Below are positions 1 through 11,600 of a stretch of 64,000 nucleotides of DNA, piece by piece. Each line of letters opens with the position of its first letter. Position 1 is the first letter of the stretch. Made by a program: the position numbers and the translations under genes. This stretch comes from Eledone cirrhosa (lineage: Eukaryota): assembly GCA_964016885.1 (NCBI GenBank), contig OZ024743.1:142476001-142540000 (forward strand). The letters run 5' to 3'. Below the pieces are notes generated by a model. It was not told the DNA's origin and ran no database searches. It saw nothing but the letters and a program-made list of their open reading frames with translations.

Positions 1-566
1 TTTAATGTAGTTTTAATGGTGTTTTATGCCGTTTTAATGGTATTTTAATGGGGTTTTTATTTGGTTTTTTATAAAGTTTTGGGTGCGCTTTTAATAGGGG
101 TTTAATGGGTTTTCAGTGTAGTTTTTAATGACATTTTTAATGGTTTTCCAATGGAACCTTAGTGGTGTGTTAATGCAATTTTAATTGGTTTAATGGGCTT
201 TTAATTGTGTTTTTAATGGTGTTTTAATTGAGTTTTTAATTGCGTTTTTATTGAGTTTTTATTTCGGTTTAAATTTGAGGTTTTAATGTCTTTTCGAGGG
301 GGGGGGGGTTAATGGGGGTTTTAATGGAGTTTTAATGGGGACTTTTAATGGAAACTTTAATTTTGTTTTAATTGGGTTTTTATGGGTTTCCAATGTGGTT
401 TTTAATGGCGCTTTTATTGGCATTCTTAATGATGTTTTAATTGTGTTTTAATGGGGGGTTTGGTTGGGGTTTTAATGGAGTGTTTTATGAGCTTATAATG
501 GGGTTTTTAATGGGTTTTTCAAAATAGATTTTTAATTGAATTTTTAATGTGGTTTTTAATGGGATT
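1..566 (-). repeat. Degenerate ~10-12 bp tandem repeat (TTTTAATGG-type; reverse complement of the CCATTAAAA family), truncated by the window start
   Basis: Recurrent ttttaatgg, ttttaattg and ttttatg cores about every 10-12 bp. The reverse complement reads ccattaaaa / caattaaaa / cataaaa, as in 1781-5359. Confidence 0.9.
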
Positions 567-600
<34 letters not shown>

Positions 601-674
601 TATAATATATAGTGTGTGTGTATATATATATATATAGTGTGTATGTATATATATATATATATATAGTGTGTGCG

Positions 675-704
<30 letters not shown>
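567..704. repeat. Compound (TA)n/(TG)n microsatellite with three copies of an atatagtgtgt..tatata sub-unit
   Basis: TA runs interrupted by agtgtgtgtg (~611), agtgtgtatg (~636) and agtgtgtgcg (~665). Confidence 0.92.
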
Positions 705-706
<2 letters not shown>

Positions 707-1100
707 ACACAAATATTAGCATATACATATTTTCTTAGTAATTGAGGATGTGTTTTTTATACATACATATGGATATTGCATCCATACATACACACATACA
801 AGCATATACATACACATACACACACATGTATATACACACACTGTATATATATACATACACACACACACATATATATATATACACCACACACTATATATAT
901 ATATAGTGTGTGTGTGTATATATATATGTGTGTGTGTGTGTATGTATATATATATATACAGTGTGTGTATATATGTGTGTGTGTATGTCTATGTATATGC
1001 TTGTATGTGTGTATGTATGTATGTATGCAATATGCATATGTATGTATAAAAACACATCCTCAATGACTAAGAAATTATGTATATGCTAATATTTGTGTTA
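705..1100. repeat. ~396-bp spacer-less imperfect palindrome (fold-back inverted repeat)
   Basis: The left arm starts taacacaaatattagcatatacatattttcttagtaattgaggatgtgttttttatacatacatatg. It is the reverse complement of 1035-1100 (catatgtatgtataaaaacacatcctcaatgactaagaaattatgtatatgctaatatttgtgtta) with 2 substitutions and a 1-bp indel. Symmetry continues inward (acaagcatatac/gtatatgcttgt, cacactgtata/tatacagtgtg) to a centre at 898/899 inside c(ta)7g. Confidence 0.93.
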
Positions 1101-1301
1101 GTGTCTATATAAATGTATGTATGTAGTATATGCAAGTGTTCGTGCAAATTGAAAATAGATTTAATAATTTTAATAATATCTAGAACAATGTGATCTAAAA
1201 AAAATATTTTTTAAGATACGAATATATCGTTGTCAGCTTAATATGGCACTAACGCAAAATATAAATCCCAGTTTATATATAGTGTGTAACATGAAAGTGG
1301 A
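1101..1301. other. Short AT-rich non-repetitive segment, the only near-unique sequence in the window; no function assignable
   Basis: No periodicity is visible and there is no recognisable ORF or RNA fold. Confidence 0.6.
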
Positions 1302-1326
1302 ATATATATATATATATATATATATA

Positions 1327-1400
<74 letters not shown>

Positions 1401-1497
1401 TATATATATATATATATATTTAATATATATATATATATATATATATTTAATATATATATATATATATATATATTTAATATATATATATATATATATA

Positions 1498-1563
<66 letters not shown>

Positions 1564-1564
1564 A

Positions 1565-1604
<40 letters not shown>

Positions 1605-1605
1605 A
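1302..1605. repeat. Long interrupted (TA)n microsatellite (~300 bp)
   Basis: Pure TA runs separated by recurrent ttta / tttt interruptions. Confidence 0.95.
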
Positions 1606-1780
1606 TACACATATATATGTGTAAATATATATATACACATATATATGTGTAAATATATATATACACATATATATATACACATATATATGTGTAAATATAT
1701 ATATATACATATATATATACACATATATATGTGTAAATATATATATATACATATATATGTATGTATATATATATATATAT
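1606..1780. repeat. TA-rich minisatellite with four copies of the 18-bp palindrome TACACATATATATGTGTA
   Basis: Exact copies at 1606-1623, 1634-1651, 1676-1693 and 1718-1735 (spacing 28, 42, 42), embedded in (TA)n. Confidence 0.88.
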
Positions 1781-2145
1781 AAACACCATTAAAAACTCCA
1801 TTGAAAAGCTAATAAAAACTCATTAAAAACCCAATAAAAAGCACACTAAACCACCATTAAAAGCTACATCCGAAACCCATTAAAAACTATATTAAAACAC
1901 CATTAAAATTCCATTAAAAACCACATTAAAATCCATTAAAAATCCAATTAAAAACAGTAAAAACTTAATTGTAAACTCAATCGAAAGCGCAAGTAAAACA
2001 ACATTAAAACCATTTAACACCCCATTAAAACCCACAAAAATACCACCAGAACCCATTAAAATCCCATAACCGCCATTAAAATTCCATTAAAAATATTATC
2101 AAAAACTTCATTTAAAACACACTGGAAACCCATTAAACTCCATAA

Positions 2146-2560
2146 AAAAATCCATTAAAAATAATCCATTAAAAAAATCCATTAAAAAAAATCCATTAAA
2201 AAAAATCCGTTAAAAAAAATCCATTAAAAACTCAATCAAAAACCCAATTAAAAGGCTATAAAAGAAACATTAAAACAGCATTTAAAAAATCCATTAAAAA
2301 TCCATTAAAAAAATACATTAAAAAAAATCCATTAAAAAATCCATTAAAATTCCATAAAAAATCCATTATAAATCCATTAAAAATCCATTAAAAATCCATT
2401 AAAAATCCATTAAAAATCCATTAAAAATCCATTAAAAATCCATTAAAAAATCCATTTAAAAAATCCATTAAAAAAATCCATTAAAAAATCCATTTAAAAA
2501 ATCCATTAAAAAAATCCATTTAAAAAAAATCCATTAAAAAAAATCCATTAAAAAAAATCC
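2146..2560 (+). repeat. Homogenised sub-array (CCATTAAAAAT)n, 11-bp unit with variable A-run length
   Basis: Consecutive exact 11-mers at ~2375-2445. Flanking copies differ mainly in poly-A length. Confidence 0.88.
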
Positions 2561-2625
2561 ATTAAAAACTCAATAAAAAACCCAATTAAAAGGCCATAAA
2601 AGAAACATTAAAACAGCATTTAAAA
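2221..2625 (+). repeat. Pair of ~67-bp direct repeats (2221-2287 and 2559-2625), offset 338 bp
   Basis: ccattaaaaactcaat(c/a)aaaaacccaattaaaaggc(t/c)ataaaagaaacattaaaacagcatttaaaa occurs twice with 2 substitutions. Confidence 0.85.
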
Positions 2626-5600
2626 TACCATTAAAAACGCCATAAAAAACATTAAAATCCCATTAAAAATACATTAAAGGCCCATTAAAAATTCCACTAA
2701 AAACCTCATTGAAAACCCCATTTAAAACCTAATTAGAAGCTCATAAAAACTCCCAAAACCCAATAAAAAAACCCATTAAAACGTCATTAAAACGTCATAA
2801 AACGCTATTAAAACGTCATTAACAATGTCATTAAAAACTCCATTGATAACTCAATTAAAAACTGCATTTTACCCCCCTCCTCCCCCATTAAAAACACATT
2901 AAACACTCCATTAAAATTACCATTAAAAACCAATTAAATACTCCATTAAACACTATATTAAAACCGCAATTATAAATTCTTTAAAAATCCAATTAAAAAC
3001 CATATTATAAACTCCATTAAAAATCCAATTAAAAACCCTACTGAAAATCCCATTATAAAATTACATAAAAACCCATAATAATAGTCCTTTAAAAAACCAA
3101 TTAAAAATCCTATTAAAACGCCATAAAAAACACCATTAAAACGTCATTAAAAATACAATTAAAAACACCATTAAAAACTACATTGCAAATTCCATTAAAA
3201 GACCCATTAAAAACTCCATTAAAAACACCACTAAAAAGCCCATTAAAAAGCTCATAAAACCCATTAAAATACAATCAATAACCAATTAACACTCCATTAA
3301 AAACCATTACAACCGTCATTAAAATGCCATAAAATACCATTAAAACGCCATTAAGAACGCCATTAAAATCGTCATTAAAAACCTCATTAAAAACTACATT
3401 AAAACTTCATTAAAAACTCCATTAAAACCTCCATTATAAACTCTATTAAACTCCATTAAAAACTCAATTAAATCCCCCATTAAACCCCCATTAAGCCCCA
3501 TTAAAAGCCCCTGAAAAATGCAACTAAAAACCAATTTTAAAACCCCATTAAAACACAATTAAAATTCCATTGGAAACCCCATTAAAATTCCATTAAAAAT
3601 TCATTAAAAACTTAGTAAAAACTCGATTTTATACTCAATTAAAAAGGTAATTGAAAACTCAATTAGCACACCATTAAAAACTCATTAAAAAGCCCATAAA
3701 AACTCCATAAAAAATCTAATTGAAAAACATTAAAAATTCAGTTAAAAACCTGATTGAAAACCCCAATAAAAGTTCATTAAAAAAACTCCATTAAAAAATC
3801 AATCAAAACCCCATTAAAATAACATTGAAACTTATCGAAGCGTCATTAAGGATACCATTAAAAAACACCATTAAAACGGCATTGAAAACCCATTATAAAA
3901 AATTAAAGGGTCCGTAAAAAACACCATTATAAATCCATTAAAAACCTAATTGAAAAACCCATTAAAACTCAATTTTTAAACTAGATTAAAAACGCAATTA
4001 AAAACGCAATTAAAAGCTCAATGAAAAACCATTAAAAACACCATTAAAAACTCTAAAGAAAAGAGCACTAGCCATTAAAACTCCATTAAAACCCATTGAA
4101 ACCTACTACCCCCATTAAAATTGCATTAAACACATTACACATCCATTAAAGCCCATTAGAAGGACCATCAAATATTTAAATTTAAACTAAATCAGAAACT
4201 CGCTTAAAACACCATTAAAAACACATTAAAATGTCACTAATACCATTAACAACCACACCAAAAACTCCATTAATATACCATTAAAAACCGCATTGAAAAC
4301 CCATAAAATCCCAAGTAAAGATCTTTTAAAAAACTACATTAAAAACCCAATTAAAAAACCCATTAAAACGCCATAAAAGTCATTAAAACGTCATTTAAAG
4401 TACCATTAAAAACGTCACTAGAAACCCAATTAAAAACACATTAAAAATTCCATTTGAAACCATATTAAAAATTTCATTAAATGCAATATTGAAAAACCCA
4501 TTAAAAACACCAGTGAAAACTCATATAAATACTCAATTAAAAACCAATTAAAAATCCTATTTAAACGTCACTAAAACACCATAAAAAACACAATTAAAAC
4601 GTCATTAAAACACCATTAAACTATCATTAAAAATTACATTGAAAACACCATTAAAAAGTCAATTAAAACCCCATTAAAAATCCATTAAAAAGATCATCAT
4701 GAACGCACTTAAATACCATCAAAAACGCATTAAAAATTAAATTAAAAAGCAATTAATTTTTTTTATCAAACCCCCATTAAAATTCCATTAAACACTCCAT
4801 TAAAAACAACATTGAAAACCCCCATTAAAAGCTCATACAAAATTATATTAAAAACCCAATAAAAAACAATTACAACGCCATTAAAACATCATAAAAACTC
4901 ATTAAAATGTCATTTAAAATGCCATTAAAACCCTCACGGGGGGAAACGCAATTAAAAACACCATTAGAAATTTCATTAAAAACTCCATTAAAAATCATAT
5001 TTAAAGTCAATTAGAACCCTTATTATAAATTCCATTAAAACCCATTAAGTATCCAATTGAAAAATCCATTAAGAGCTCATTAAAAATACTCCATTAAAAA
5101 CCCAATTAAAAATCATTAAAACGCATTTAAACACCATAAAAACACAATTAAAACGCCATTAAAAAGACCATTAAAAACTCCATTAAAACATCCTTGAATC
5201 TATTAAAAATTTCATTAAAAACGCAATCAAAAATTCCATTAAAAACCCATTTAAAAACTCATAAACAACACCATTGAAAACCCAATTAAAAACTCCATAA
5301 AAAACCCATTAAACACCATCGAAAATCCCATTAAAATTCCATTAAAACACCATTAAAAACACCAAACCACAAGCACCAAACACCAAACCCCAAGCACCAA
5401 GCACCAAACACTAATCACCAAGCACCAAGCACCAAACAACAAGCACCAGGCACCAAGCACCAGGCACCAAGCACCAAGCACCAAACACTAATCACCAAGC
5501 ACCATGCACCAAGCACCAAACACCAAGCACCAAGCACCAAGCACCAAACACCAAGCACCAAGCGCCAAACACCAAACACCAAGAACCAAGCACCAAGCAC

Positions 5601-5690
5601 CAAACACCAAGCACCAAACACCAAACACCAAGCACCAAGCACCAAGCACCAAACACCAAGCACCAAGCACTAAGCACCAAACACCAAGCC

Positions 5691-8600
5691 CCAAGCACCA
5701 GGCACCAAACACCAAACACCAAGCACCAAGCACCAAACACCAAGCACCAAGCACAAAGCACCTAGCACCAAACACCAAACACCAAGAACCAAGCACCAAA
5801 AACCACACACCAATCACCAAGCACCAAACACCAAGCACCAAGCACCAGACACCAAGCACCAAGGACCAAACATCAAACACCAAGCACCAAGCACCAAACA
5901 CCTAACACCAAGCACCAAGCACCAAGCACCAAGCACCAAACACCAAGCACCAAACACCAAGCACCAAGCACCAAGCACCAAATACCAAGCACCAGGCACC
6001 AAGCACCAAACACCAAGCACCATGCACCAAGCACCAAGCTCCAAACACTTAACACCAAGCACCAAGCACGAAACACCAAGCACCAAAAACCAAACACCAA
6101 GCACCAACTACTAAACATCAAGCATCAAGCACCAAACACCAAGGACCAAACATCAAACACCAAGCACCAAGCACCAAACACCTAACACCAAGCACGAAGC
6201 ACCAAGCACCAAGCACCGAACACCAAGCACATAACACCAAGCACCAAACACCAAGCACCAAGCACCAAGCACCAAACACCAACCACCAAACACAAAGCAC
6301 CAAGCACCAAACACCAAGCACCAAGGACCAAACACCAAGCACCAAGCACCAAACACCAAACCCCCAAGCACCAAGCACCAAACACTAATCACCAAGCACC
6401 AAGCACCAAGCACCAAACACCAAGCACCAAGCACCAAGCACCAAACACCAAGCACCAAACACCAAACACCAAGATCCAAAGACCAAGCACCAAGCCCCAA
6501 GCACCAAGCACCAAAAAATAAGCACCAAGCACCAAACACCAAGCACCAATCACCAAACACCAAGCACCAAGCACCAAACACCAAACACCAGGCACAAAGC
6601 ACCAAACACCAAGCACCAAGCACCAAACACCAAGCACCAAACACAAAGCACCAAGCACCAAACACCAAACCCCAAGCACCAAACACCAAACCTCAAGCAC
6701 CAAGCACAAAACACTAATCACCAAGCACCAAGCACCAAACAACAAGCACCAAGCACCAGGCACCAAGCACCAAGCACCAAACACTAATCACCAAGCACCA
6801 AGCACCAAGCACCAAACACCAAGAACCAAGCACCATGCACCAAACACCAAGCACCAAGCACCAAACACCAAACAGCAAGCACCAAAGACCAAGCACCAAG
6901 CACCAAGCACCAAGCACCAAACACCAAGCACCAAGCACCAAACACCAACCACCCAGCACCAAGCACCAAGCACCAAACACCAAGCACCAAACACCAAACA
7001 CCAAACACCAAGCACCAAGCACCAAGCACCAAACACCAAGCACCAAGCACTAAGCACCAAACACCAAGCCCCAAGCACCAAGCACCAAACACCAAACACC
7101 AAGCACCAAGCACCTAACACCAAGCACCAAGCACCAAGCACCTAGCACCAAACACCAAACACCAAGCACCAAGCACCAAACACCAAGCACCAATCACCAA
7201 GCACCAAACACCAAGCAGCAAGCAGCAAGCAACAAACACCAAACACCAAGCACCAAGCACCAAACACCAAGCACCAAGGACCAAACATCAAACACCAAGC
7301 ACCAAGCACCAAACACCTAACACCAATCACCAAGCACCAAGCACCGAACACCAAGCACATAACACCAAGCACCAAACACCAAGCACCAAGCACCAAACAC
7401 CAAGCACCAAACACCAAGCACCAACCACCAAGCACCAAACACCAAGCACCAGGCACCAAGCACCAAACACCATGCACCAAGCACCAAGCGCCAGACACTT
7501 AACACCAAGCACCAAGCACCAAGCACCAAACACCAATCACCAAAAACCAAACACCAAGCACCAAGTACCAAACACCAAGCACCAAGCACCAAACACCAAG
7601 CACCAAGCACCAATCACCAAACACCAAGAACCAAGCACCAAACACCAAGCACCAAGCACCAAGCACCAGGCACCAAGCACCAAGCACCAAACACAAAACA
7701 CCAAGCACCAAGGACCAAGCAGCAAACACCAAGCATCAAACACCAAACACCAAACACCAAGCACCAAGCACCAAGCAGCAAACAACAAGCATCAAACACC
7801 AAACACCAAACACCAAGCACCAAACACCAAGCACCAAGCACCAAACACCAAACACCAAGCACCAAGCACCAAGCACCAAACACCAAACACCAAGCACCAA
7901 ACACCAAACACCAAGCACCAAGCACCAAACACCAAACAACAAGCACCAGGCACCAAGCAAAAAACACCAAACACCAAGCACGCAGCATCAAACACGAAGC
8001 ACCAAGCACCAAGCACCAAACACGAAGCACCAAGCACCAAGCACCAAGTACCAAACACCAAACACCAAGCACCAAACACCAAACACCAAGCACCAATCAC
8101 CAAGCACGAAACACCAGGCACCAAGCACCAAGCACCAAACACCAAACACCAAGCACCAAACACCAGCCACCAAGCACCAAGCACCAAACACCAAACACCA
8201 AGCACTATGCACCAAACACCAAACAACAAGCACCAGGCACCAAGCACCAAACACCAAACACCAAACACCAAACAGCAAATGCCAAACACCAAGCACCAAG
8301 CACCAAGCACCAAACACCAAGCACCAAGCACCAAGCACAAAACATCAAACACCAAGCACCAAGAACCAAACACCAAACACCAAACAGCAAGCACCAAGCA
8401 CCAAACACCAAGCACCAAACACCAAACCCCAAGCACCAATCACCAAACACTAATCACCAAGCACCAAGCACCAAACACCGAGCACCAAACACCAAGCACC
8501 AAGCACCAAACACCAAACCCCAAGCACCATAGACCAAGCACCAAGCACCAAGGAACAAACACCAAGCACCAAGCACCAAGCACCAAACACCAAGCACCAA

Positions 8601-11600
8601 GCACCAAACAACCAGCACCAAGCACCAAGCATCAAACACCAAGCACCAAGCACCAAACACCAAACACCAAACACCAAGCACCAAGCACTAAACAGCAAGC
8701 ACCAAACACCAAACACCAAACAGCAAACACCAAACAGCAGACACCAAACACCAAACACCAAACAGCAAATGCCAAACACCAAGCACCAAGCACCAAGCAC
8801 CAAACACCAAGCACCAAGCACCAAGCACAAAACATCAAACACCAAGCACCAAGCACCAAGCACCAAACACCAAGCACCAAACACCAAGCACCAAACAACA
8901 AGCACCAAACACCAAACACTAAACACCAAGCACCAAGCACCAATCACCAAACACCAAGAACCAAGCACCAAACACCAAGCACCAAGCACCAAGCACCAGG
9001 CACCAAGCACCAAGCACCAAACACAAAACACCAAGCACCAAGCACCAAGCAGCAAACACCAAGCATCAAACACCAAACACCAAACACCAAGCACCAAGCA
9101 CCAAGCAGCAAACAGCAAGCATCAAACACCAAACACCAAACACCAAGCACCAAACACCAAGCACCAAGCACCAAACACCAAACACCAAGCACCAAGCACC
9201 AAGCACCAAACACCAAACACCAAGCACCAAACACCAAACACCAAGCACCAAGCACCAAACACCAAACAACAAGCACCAGGCACCAAGCAAAAAACACCAA
9301 ACACCAAGCACGCAGCATCAAAAACCAAGCACCAAGCACCAAGCACCAAACACCAAGCACCAAGCACCAAGCACCAAGTACCAAACACCAAGCACCAAAC
9401 ACCAAACACCAAGCACCAATCACCAAGCACGAAACACCAGGCACCAAGCACCAAGCACCAAACACCAAACACCAAGCACCAAACACCAGCCACCAAGCAC
9501 CAAGCACCAAACACCAAACACCAAGCACTAAGCACCAAACACCAAACAACAAGCACCAGGCACCAAGCACCAAACACCAAACACCAAGCACGCATCACCA
9601 AACACCAAGCACCAAGCACCAAGCACCAAAAACCAAGCACCAAACACCAAGCACCAAACACCAAACACCAAACACCAAGCACCAAGAACCAAACACCAAA
9701 CACCAAACAGCAAGCACCAAGCACCAAACACCAAGCACCAATCACCAAACACCAAGCACCAAGCACCAAACACCAAACACCAGGCACAAAGCACCAAACA
9801 CCAAGCACCAAGCACCAAACACCAAGCACCAGGCACCAAACACCAAACACCAAGCACCAAGCACCAAACACCAAGCACCAAGCACAAAGCACCTAGCACC
9901 AAACACCAAACACCAAGAACCAAGCACCAAAAACCACACACCAATCACCAAGCACCAAACACCAAGCACCAAGCACCAGACACCAAGCACCAAGGACCAA
10001 ACATCAAACACCAAGCACCAAGCACCAAACACCTAACACCAAGCACCAAGCACCAAGCACCAAGCACCAAACACCAAGCACCAAACACCAAGCACCAAGC
10101 ACCAAGCACCAAATACCAAGCACCAGGCACCAAGCACCAAACACCAAGCACCATGCACCAAGCACCAAGCTCCAAACACTTAACACCAAGCACCAAGCAC
10201 GAAACACCAAGCACCAAAAACCAAACACCAAGCACCAACTACTAAACATCAAGCATCAAGCACCAAACACCAAGGACCAAACATCAAACACCAAGCACCA
10301 AGCACCAAACACCTAACACCAAGCACCAAGCACCAAGCACCAAGCACCGAACACCAAGCACATAACACCAAGCACCAAACACCAAGCACCAAGCACCAAG
10401 CACCAAACACCAACCACCAAACACAAAGCACCAAGCACCAAACACCAAGCACCAAGGACCAAACACCAAGCACCAAGCACCAAACACCAAACCCCCAAGC
10501 ACCAAGCACCAAACACTAATCACCAAGCACCAAGCACCAAGCACCAAACACCAAGCACCAAGCACCAAGCACCAAACACCAAGCACCAAACACCAAACAC
10601 CAAGATCCAAAGACCAAGCACCAAGCCCCAAGCACCAAGCACCAAAAAATAAGCACCAAGCACCAAACACCAAGCACCAATCACCAAACACCAAGCACCA
10701 AGCACCAAACACCAAACACCAGGCACAAAGCACCAAACACCAAGCACCAAGCACCAAACACCAAGCACCAAACACAAAGCACCAAGCACCAAACACCAAA
10801 CCCCAAGCACCAAACACCAAACCTCAAGCACCAAGCACAAAACACTAATCACCAAGCACCAAGCACCAAACAACAAGCACCAAGCACCAGGCACCAAGCA
10901 CCAAGCACCAAACACTAATCACCAAGCACCAAGCACCAAGCACCAAACACCAAGAACCAAGCACCATGCACCAAACACCAAGCACCAAGCACCAAACACC
11001 AAACAGCAAGCACCAAGCACCAAACACCAACCACCCAGCACCAAGCACCAAGCACCAAACACCAAGCACCAAACACCAAACACCAAACACCAAGCACCAA
11101 GCACCAAGCACCAAACACCAAGCACCAAGCACTAAGCACCAAACACCAAGCCCCAAGCACCAAGCACCAAACACCAAACACCAAGCACCAAGCACCTAAC
11201 ACCAAGCACCAAGCACCAAGCACCTAGCACCAAACACCAAACACCAAGCACCAAGCACCAAACACCAAGCACCAATCACCAAGCACCAAACACCAAGCAG
11301 CAAGCAGCAAGCAACAAACACCAAACACCAAGCACCAAGCACCAAACACCAAGCACCAAGGACCAAACATCAAACACCAAGCACCAAGCACCAAACACCT
11401 AACACCAATCACCAAGCACCAAGCACCGAACACCAAGCACATAACACCAAGCACCAAACACCAAGCACCAAGCACCAAACACCAAGCACCAAACACCAAG
11501 CACCAAGCACCAAGCACCAAACACCAAGCACCAGGCACCAAGCACCAAACACCATGCACCAAGCACCAAGCGCCAGACACTTATCACCAAGCACCAAGCA

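Larger units (their letters stand above)
1781..5359 (+). repeat. Degenerate ~10-12 bp tandem repeat, core CCATTAAAA(A)NN (~3.6 kb)
   Basis: Hundreds of ccattaaaa, caattaaaa, tcattaaaa and cattgaaaa cores joined by variable 1-3 nt linkers (ct, ca, cc, cg, tc). The + strand is strongly G-poor. Confidence 0.92.

Noticed and set aside
521-1162. Direct repeat aaaatagattt (521 and ~1152) as a target-site duplication
   Set aside because: It is AT-rich and only 11 bp, and it does not abut the palindrome ends or any defined element boundary.
1194-1217. Short imperfect palindrome atctaaaaaaaatattttttaagat as a terminator or regulatory site
   Set aside because: The stem is almost all A/T, expected by chance at this composition, and has no associated gene.
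519-1801. Short YI/CV/HT-rich ORFs
   Set aside because: They are translations of (TA)n, (TG)n and (CA)n microsatellites.
8155-8175. Chi-like motif (GCTGGTGG) in the caccagccacc variant
   Set aside because: The reverse complement reads ggtggctggtgt, which is not an exact Chi site. The similarity follows from the monomer, and the context looks eukaryotic.
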